Part shown: positions 6,269 to 11,980 of the stretch, in pieces
How positions within the stretch are numbered: the first letter of the stretch is position 1
Layout: each line of letters starts with the position of its first letter
Assembly: GCA_963675525.2 (NCBI GenBank)
Contig: CAXXSL010000017.1
Location: 1 to 11,980 of the forward strand
Source: Anaerohalosphaeraceae bacterium
GTDB taxonomy: Bacteria > Planctomycetota > Phycisphaerae > Sedimentisphaerales > Anaerohalosphaeraceae
Length of the DNA stretch: 11,980 nucleotides
Direction of reading: 5' to 3'
Notes under the pieces: model-generated
Told to the model about the DNA's origin: nothing
Database searches by the model: none
The model's input: the letters and a program-made list of their open reading frames with translations, nothing else
Translations under genes and position numbers: made by a program

Positions 6269-7348
6269 TCATTCGTCTGCAAGCAGTAGCAGTGGCAAAT
6301 GCGGAAGTTTTCGCTCCCCACCTGTGTCTACTAAAATGAAAGTATTTCCGTCTGCGCTGACAATTCCGATAGCATCTTGGCCATTGATTGTTAATTCTCC
6401 ATCATCGGCAACAGAATATGTTCCGGAACCGCTGCCTGTATCGCCATTTGAATCCGCAATTTGCTGCCATGTTAAATTGCCGGCGCCATCGAATGTGAAT
6501 TCGATGCGGCCTGTCCAGCGATCCGGGTCCGTGCCGTACTCGCACATCGTGTAAGTGCCACTCAAAACAGAATTTGACAATCCTGTAGATTGCTTAATTC
6601 CGACGTGAAGGCTTAAATCATCGTTAGATGCATCGGTATCTACTAAAATGAAAGTGTTTCCGGATGCGCTGACAATTCCTACTGCATCTTGGCCACCGAT
6701 TGTTAATCCTCCATCATCGGCAACAGAATATGTTCCGGAACCGCTGCCCGTATCGCCATTTGTATCCGCAATTTGCTGCCATGTTAAATTGCCGGCGCCA
6801 TCAGATGTGAATTCGATGCGGCCTGTCCAGCGATCCGGGTCCGTGCCGTACTCGCAAATCGTGTAAGTGCCGCTCAAAGTAGAATTTGACAATCCTGAAG
6901 ATTGTTTAATTCCGACGTGAAGACTTAAATCATCGTTAGATGCATCGGTATCTACTAAAATGAAAGTGTTTCCAGATGCGCTGACAATTCCTACTGCATC
7001 TTGGCCACCGATTGTTAATTCTCCATCATCGGCAACAGAATATGTTCCTGAACCGCTGCCTGTATCGCCATTTGAATCCGCAATTTGCTGCCATGTTAAA
7101 TTGCCGGCGCCATCAGATGTGAGTTCGATGCGGCCTGTCCAGCGATCCGGGTCCGTGCCGTACTCGCACATCGTGTAAGTGCCACTCAAAACAGAATTTG
7201 ACAATCCCGAAGATTGCTTAATTCCGACGTGAAGGCTTAAATCATCGTCAGCAGCGTAGCAGAAAAAACTAAAGCTACATAAAACAAAAAAAGATAAAAA
7301 GCCGATCAACATAGAACAAATCAATTTTCGTCCAGAGAATTTTTCCAA
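6269..7348 (-). CDS. Secreted protein made of three tandem 104-aa beta-rich repeats, with C-terminal LPHLPLLLLADE tail
   Basis: TTG start with AGGA 8 nt upstream. Sec-type signal (K/R, hydrophobic core, CYA-ADD). Unit: DDLSLHVGIKQ...LSGTY...DGAGN...GTYSVADDG...GIVSASGNTFILVDT. Function unknown. Confidence 0.85.
   Translation of the reverse strand: MEKFSGRKLICSMLIGFLSFFVLCSFSFFCYAADDDLSLHVGIKQSSGLSNSVLSGTYTMCEYGTDPDRWTGRIELTSDGAGNLTWQQIADSNGDTGSGSGTYSVADDGELTIGGQDAVGIVSASGNTFILVDTDASNDDLSLHVGIKQSSGLSNSTLSGTYTICEYGTDPDRWTGRIEFTSDGAGNLTWQQIADTNGDTGSGSGTYSVADDGGLTIGGQDAVGIVSASGNTFILVDTDASNDDLSLHVGIKQSTGLSNSVLSGTYTMCEYGTDPDRWTGRIEFTFDGAGNLTWQQIADSNGDTGSGSGTYSVADDGELTINGQDAIGIVSADGNTFILVDTGGERKLPHLPLLLLADE
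6323..7246 (-). repeat. Three near-identical 312-bp intragenic tandem repeats
   Basis: The same sequence recurs with a 312-nt period (e.g. ctactaaaatgaaagt near 6328, 6640 and 6952), with only scattered substitutions. The last copy diverges into the tail. Confidence 0.96.
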
Positions 7349-7412
7349 CTCTAAATCCTATTTTTGAAGATTGTGGGTCTGCTTTTATCACGAAAAACCC
7401 TTTACTTGCATT

Positions 7413-9005
7413 TTACTCCAACAAAAGATGTAACCAGGGCATCGCCATTGGACACCCGCTACCCGGATAGATTGCATCGTCATTATCATTGCAATCATTC
7501 CTGTTCAGCACGTAACCTTCCGGCTTTTTGCATGCAACGAATGAGTGATCTGGGTCGCCAAAGCCATCTTCGTCAAAATCTTTGTAAAAAGTGATCCAGT
7601 TCGCGCATATGCCAGAATGCAAATAAACGCATCCGGCATCCGTCAAACTACCTGTATCGTATAAACGGGCACCAACCAGTACATCAGCGGTGCCGTTACC
7701 GTCGATATCGCCCGCTTTAGATACCGAGCACCCATACTGATCGTCTGCTTGTCCCGTATCCAAGGCAAAAACACTTTCCGAATTCAGCCCTATACATGAA
7801 CCACTATAGATAAATGCCTGGCCGGCAAGGCCGCTTACACTTCCCGTCCCCTTACCATCGGCTCCGATAATCACTTCGTCGTATCCATCACCGTCCAGGT
7901 CGCCGGCCGATGAAACCGAACTGCCCAAATAGGCGTATTGGTAGGTTCCGGCAACCGTCCAGTTCGGCGATGAATTCAAACCGGATGCAGAGCCGTGGTA
8001 TACATAGGCTCTGCCAACATTGTATAAACCGCCAGTATCGTATCCAACCGCGCCTACAATGACATCGTCATACCCATCGCCATTGACATCCCCGGCATCA
8101 GATACCGAATAACCGAAATAGGCGCCGACGATGTTGCTTTCGGCTGTCCAGTCTGGTGAACAGCCAAGTCCGGAAGCCGACCCGTAAAACACATGCGCGT
8201 GCCCCTCGCCAGCCTGATTGCCCCCGGTGGAATCGAATACACCTTGGTTGTAAGCCCCGACAATGACATCGCTGTATCCGTCATTATTGACATCACCGGC
8301 AGTCGAGACCGAATAGCCCAATCTTGCATCCTGTTGGTCGAGTTCGAATGTCCAATTTGGAGTGGCATTGAGACCATTTTCAGATCCATGGAAAACCAGA
8401 ACACGCCCCTCACCGGACTGTCCGTTTCCATAGCTGGGCATCCCTACGATGATGTCATCGTAGCCATCGCCGTTGACGTCACCCGCGGTCGAAACAGACC
8501 AACCAAACCATTCCCTTGAGTCAGCCCCAAAATCGGCACTCCAGTTCGAAGAATCGCTCAACCCCAATTCAGAACCGTAATAAACGAAAACCTGGTCGTA
8601 GTTCCAGGCACCTACGACGACATCATCATAGCCGTCATTGTTGACATCACCAGCACAGGACACCGATTCACCGAAGGTGTGATACCGATTCACCCCTTCT
8701 TGGTGCCAGTCGGCTTCAGCGGCAGGGCCTTCGGATGAGCCATAGAAGAGGTATCCTTTGCCGGCACCTTCCTCATCGTTGTCAAAACCGGAAGCACCTA
8801 CGATGATATCGTCATACCCATCACCATTGACATCGCCAGCCGAAGCAACCGCACAACCCAAGTTGGATTCCGTTTGCTCTCCATCGAACGACCACACCTC
8901 GTGCTCTACGATATCAGCGGCCAGGCAAGTTGTGGACACTATAATCATGGCGAGAAAAATATATAAAACTATATGATTACAGCCAAATGTTTTCATTCTC
9001 GCCAA
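7413..9005 (-). CDS. Secreted FG-GAP (integrin-alpha-like) 7-bladed beta-propeller with a C-terminal MopE-like putative metal-binding motif and MAMPWLHLLLE tail
   Basis: Seven repeats of [FLY]GxxVxxAGD[VLI][ND][GN][DN]GxxD/ExxxG. 'FYKDFDEDGFGDP...ACKKPEGYV....DCNDNDDAIYPG' resembles the Cu-binding_MopE-type motif. Signal peptide ends TCLA. The start may be TTG 9005 or ATG 8996. Confidence 0.9.
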   Translation of the reverse strand: MARMKTFGCNHIVLYIFLAMIIVSTTCLAADIVEHEVWSFDGEQTESNLGCAVASAGDVNGDGYDDIIVGASGFDNDEEGAGKGYLFYGSSEGPAAEADWHQEGVNRYHTFGESVSCAGDVNNDGYDDVVVGAWNYDQVFVYYGSELGLSDSSNWSADFGADSREWFGWSVSTAGDVNGDGYDDIIVGMPSYGNGQSGEGRVLVFHGSENGLNATPNWTFELDQQDARLGYSVSTAGDVNNDGYSDVIVGAYNQGVFDSTGGNQAGEGHAHVFYGSASGLGCSPDWTAESNIVGAYFGYSVSDAGDVNGDGYDDVIVGAVGYDTGGLYNVGRAYVYHGSASGLNSSPNWTVAGTYQYAYLGSSVSSAGDLDGDGYDEVIIGADGKGTGSVSGLAGQAFIYSGSCIGLNSESVFALDTGQADDQYGCSVSKAGDIDGNGTADVLVGARLYDTGSLTDAGCVYLHSGICANWITFYKDFDEDGFGDPDHSFVACKKPEGYVLNRNDCNDNDDAIYPGSGCPMAMPWLHLLLE

Positions 9006-9043
9006 TAAATTTTATAGCTCATTTGAAAATACTCAAGTACTTT

Positions 9044-9775
9044 TCAATCCCCAAGAAGCAAAGGCAATGTCCCGACAGGGACCCTACCCAGTCGGGTAAA
9101 AATCGCCAATACGGTTTTATCCTCATCCATCACGATTTCATAAGGATTCTGCGATCCTTCGGCATCGCCGGACCAAGAGTAGAATTGCCAGCCTTCATCG
9201 GGAACTGCCGTAAGGGTCACGGTCGTACCGGCATTATAAACACCGCCGTCCGGATTCAAAGTGACGCTGCCATCGCCGGTCTGGTTCACCGTGAGCGTAT
9301 AGCTGATGACAGTTACATCGTCGCTGATTTTGGTCAATGTAATCGTATTGCCCCAGTTGCATTCCCAGAGGCCGCTTGGATGGGTGTACCGAGAAGTACC
9401 CGTGCCAGAGGCGGATGTTTCCGATGCAGCCGTAAACACAATCGTACTTGTTACCGATCCGTTTTCGTCGTCGACAATGTCAGTTGTTGAACAAGTATAT
9501 AGCAAATTGTCTGTCACTGAACCGGAAAAGGTGCAGCTTTCCGGAGGACTGCAGACAACACCGGACGTAAAGGCGAAAACGAAGCAGTCACCGGTTTGTG
9601 AGATGAAACAGGTCCCCGTTGCCGGACCGGGATTGAATTCATCACCGCAGGAAGCCCAGCAGTCGGACAGCGTATAATTCCAGGTGCCGCTTAGATCGTA
9701 GGTGGCGGCATAAGCACTGCTGCCAGCCAACAACCCGGCAAAAACCAGAACACTGACCCAAAAGCTCGTTTTCAT
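9044..9775 (-). CDS. Secreted protein: Cys-containing beta-rich N-domain plus divergent InlB B-repeat domain, with VGTLPLLLGD tail
   Basis: Signal peptide MKTSFWVSVLVFAGLLAGSSAYA. 'YDLSGTW' lipocalin-like opening. 'YTLTVNQTGDGSV...YNAGTTVTLTAVPDEGWQFYSWSGD....NP..IVMDEDKTVLAIF' is a typical InlB-B/bacterial repeat domain. GAGG RBS upstream. Confidence 0.88.
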   Translation of the reverse strand: MKTSFWVSVLVFAGLLAGSSAYAATYDLSGTWNYTLSDCWASCGDEFNPGPATGTCFISQTGDCFVFAFTSGVVCSPPESCTFSGSVTDNLLYTCSTTDIVDDENGSVTSTIVFTAASETSASGTGTSRYTHPSGLWECNWGNTITLTKISDDVTVISYTLTVNQTGDGSVTLNPDGGVYNAGTTVTLTAVPDEGWQFYSWSGDAEGSQNPYEIVMDEDKTVLAIFTRLGRVPVGTLPLLLGD

Positions 9776-9835
9776 GTCGTCCTCGACCTTTTGAAGGAAA
9801 TCGTGGAACGAACTCGTATAGAAAAACTTTTCGTA

Positions 9836-11980
9836 TCAATCTCCCAGCAACAGCAAAGGAATATACGGCAAAGCCTTGACGTCCACTCCATTCGGATCGC
9901 TTTCGCCGGCATCCACTTGGCCGTTGAAATTGGTATCTTCCTCGCCGTCGGTCTTGCCATCGCCATCCGTGTCCGCCGATAGCGGATCGGTAAAGGTGTC
10001 CGGGTCGGCGTCGGGAATAAAAACACCGGTGTCGGTATCCGGTCCAATATCATCAGACGTCACCCTGCTTTCCGTGCCGTCCTGAATGCCGTCGCCGTCG
10101 CTGTCCACACTACAGGCGTTGGTTTCTCCGGCATCGACGCTGCCGTTCAGATTTGTATCCTCCAGACCGTCGAGGATCCCGTCGTCGTCGCTGTCGGCAT
10201 CATCAGGCAGCAGGCAGTCGCTTGCTATCTCGATTTCATCGGAGATTCCGTCTCCATCGCTGTCCGGATCCGTGGATACAGAAAAATGATGGGACCAGCT
10301 GTAGTATAAAATGGAACAGGAAATGAAATCCAAGTCTTCGTCGGGGAATCCTCCCTGGTAGGCATAGACCCGATAGGCGTATGTTGTGCCGGGTTCCAGG
10401 ATGCCAAAGGGCACTTCCCAACTGGTGGTCGGATCGGCGATGTAGTCGCTCCAGTAAAGAGTATCATGAGAGCTGGTGAGAATGCGCACCCGATAGCTGG
10501 TTGCACCGGCCACCGCATCCCAGGAGATGGTCGGTGTCGTGCTGGTGACAAGCGCATCGGGGACTGGCGACAGATTGGATGGCGCAGCAAGCATGTTGGA
10601 GGTCACACCGCTCAGATTGTCGGCGGCAGTCGTATCTGTTCCGCCGTCGACATCTATTGCTGTAAAAGTATAATTGCCTTCAAGGGCAGTTATGCCGGCG
10701 ACATTGCTAAATCGCAGGTAACCGTAGTAAGACGCTTCTGTGTCGCTGATGGAATCGTCATAGACCAGATCCATGGTCGATGCATCGGGCAGTGTGGCAT
10801 ATACCCGGTTGATGTTTCCCGGAACACCATCGGCATCAGTCACCTTGACCACAAACTCCATAAAGTACACATCCTGATCCAACAATGGATCCCAGCTGTG
10901 ACTGACGAACACCCCCCGGCTATCCAATTCGATAACGGGATCATTCGACCCTCCGGTGAGCGGCGAAAGCACGAAAGTCGGGTACTGGCTGGATAGCCAG
11001 GGAATCTGAGAGCAATTATCGAAGTTGCCTTCAGAATCGGCTCCGGTGATGTCGCTGTAAAACTCCCGATAGGTTCTGACTCGATAGCGGTATAGCTTGC
11101 CTTCTTCCAGCAGACCGCGCGGTACCGCAATGGAGGATCCTTCTTCAGCATCGACCGTCAAACGTTGGATGCGTTCGTAGGCTTCGTTGTAGATTTCCAA
11201 CCGGTAGAATTTGGCCCCATCAACCGGATCCCAGCTGACCTGAATCTCTTTTTCTCCAACAACTGCCGAAAGGCTGCTTGGCGCCGGATATCCGATGGGG
11301 TTGTAAACCAGTTCGTCATTAATGGTGGCGGTGTTTCCGTCTCGGTCGGTCACGGTAAAAGTATACGTACCAGCGGTGGCCGTCACCTCGGATACGGCAT
11401 TGTAGTATCCGCAGTAAGGACCATCGGTGTGATCCAGGTAGAGAATCTCTTCATGCCCGCCTGGATAAGCCACCTTTACCGAGGCAATGTTTCCGGGCAC
11501 ACCCTGCCGGTCATTCACCCGGACCCAGAAGGCCGGAAACACGCCGGATTCATCGGACTGGATGGTATGCACGCCGCTGCCGTCCATATCGATATATGGT
11601 TCCTGGGGTTCCTCGCTGTTGGTATAGAACCGGTAAAAATCACTGGAGCTTGATGGTGTACGCGAGTAGTTGTCTACGCTCAGCGGGCTGGCCTTATCGA
11701 AAGCATCCAACCGTAGCCGGTAGTAGGAGTCGGGTTCCAATACTCCCGGCGGTATCGTGACCGTTGTTTCGCTGCCGGTATTGCCGCGATAGACGGTTCG
11801 GCTGTTGTCGTAGGTATAAATGCGAAGGCGATATCGGTTGGCACCGGTAACCGGATCCCAGCTGAAGGTCGGGGTGGTGGTCGTGGTCAGGTTGATACGC
11901 GTATGCAGACCAAAATCCTGGGTAATGGGAGGGTAAACCGGTCCGGAATGTACGTACGTATCCGAATTCGATTCCCCCTG
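9836..11980 (-). CDS. Partial (5'-truncated, >714 aa) large surface protein: alternating Ig-like and fibronectin-III-like modules, then thrombospondin-type-3-like Ca-binding repeats, with ALPYIPLLLLGD tail
   Basis: I translated 11741-11980 and the frame stays open to the window edge (QGESNSDTY...TPTFSWDPVTGANRYRLRI...IPPGV), so 11740 is not the start. There are three 'SWDxVxGAxxYRxxI...PxGxLExxxxYxxR' modules, two 'VxDxxGVPGNI' modules and several D[ST]DGDG motifs. Confidence 0.88.
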   Translation of the reverse strand, partial: QGESNSDTYVHSGPVYPPITQDFGLHTRINLTTTTTPTFSWDPVTGANRYRLRIYTYDNSRTVYRGNTGSETTVTIPPGVLEPDSYYRLRLDAFDKASPLSVDNYSRTPSSSSDFYRFYTNSEEPQEPYIDMDGSGVHTIQSDESGVFPAFWVRVNDRQGVPGNIASVKVAYPGGHEEILYLDHTDGPYCGYYNAVSEVTATAGTYTFTVTDRDGNTATINDELVYNPIGYPAPSSLSAVVGEKEIQVSWDPVDGAKFYRLEIYNEAYERIQRLTVDAEEGSSIAVPRGLLEEGKLYRYRVRTYREFYSDITGADSEGNFDNCSQIPWLSSQYPTFVLSPLTGGSNDPVIELDSRGVFVSHSWDPLLDQDVYFMEFVVKVTDADGVPGNINRVYATLPDASTMDLVYDDSISDTEASYYGYLRFSNVAGITALEGNYTFTAIDVDGGTDTTAADNLSGVTSNMLAAPSNLSPVPDALVTSTTPTISWDAVAGATSYRVRILTSSHDTLYWSDYIADPTTSWEVPFGILEPGTTYAYRVYAYQGGFPDEDLDFISCSILYYSWSHHFSVSTDPDSDGDGISDEIEIASDCLLPDDADSDDDGILDGLEDTNLNGSVDAGETNACSVDSDGDGIQDGTESRVTSDDIGPDTDTGVFIPDADPDTFTDPLSADTDGDGKTDGEEDTNFNGQVDAGESDPNGVDVKALPYIPLLLLGD

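Noticed and set aside
6323..7246. 312-bp repeats as a CRISPR array or DGR
   Set aside because: They are in-frame coding repeats without unique spacers, and no associated machinery is present.
6324..11653. + strand ORFs opposite the secreted-protein genes (e.g. three 'MKVFP' ORFs, 8987-9490, 10466-10996, 11165-11653)
   Set aside because: They are antisense shadows. The repeated ones simply mirror the 312-bp coding repeats.
11738..11740. TTG 11740 as the start of the 634-aa protein
   Set aside because: The frame is open to the window edge, this codon falls inside an FN3-like module, and no signal peptide follows it.

Overview
The window has three zones. (1) 1-3265, + strand: the end of a surface-polysaccharide locus, with a partial sulfotransferase-like gene, Wzm/Wzt ABC exporter genes and a GT4 glycosyltransferase broken by four clustered insertions, one of them an exact copy of upstream sequence. 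(2) 3266-6268: a convergent intergenic zone holding a ~320-nt nested-palindrome element, an intrinsic terminator and a complete IS66 (3676-6067; tnpA-tnpB-tnpC; 8-bp target duplication GGCTCAAT) that has split a second hairpin. (3) 6269-11980, - strand: four co-oriented genes for acidic, extracellular-type proteins with unrelated domain contents: an Ig/FN3 plus Ca-binding repeat protein (partial), a beta-rich plus InlB-B-repeat protein, a 7-bladed FG-GAP propeller and a 3x104-aa repeat protein. The best candidate for an undescribed system is that all four end in a similar short tail, P-[WYH]-[IL]-[PH]-L-L-L-(L)-x-[DE]-COOH, which looks like a C-terminal sorting, anchoring or docking signal that matches no class I can name. 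A deltaproteobacterial (Desulfobacterales-like) origin is my impression only. No database searches were run.
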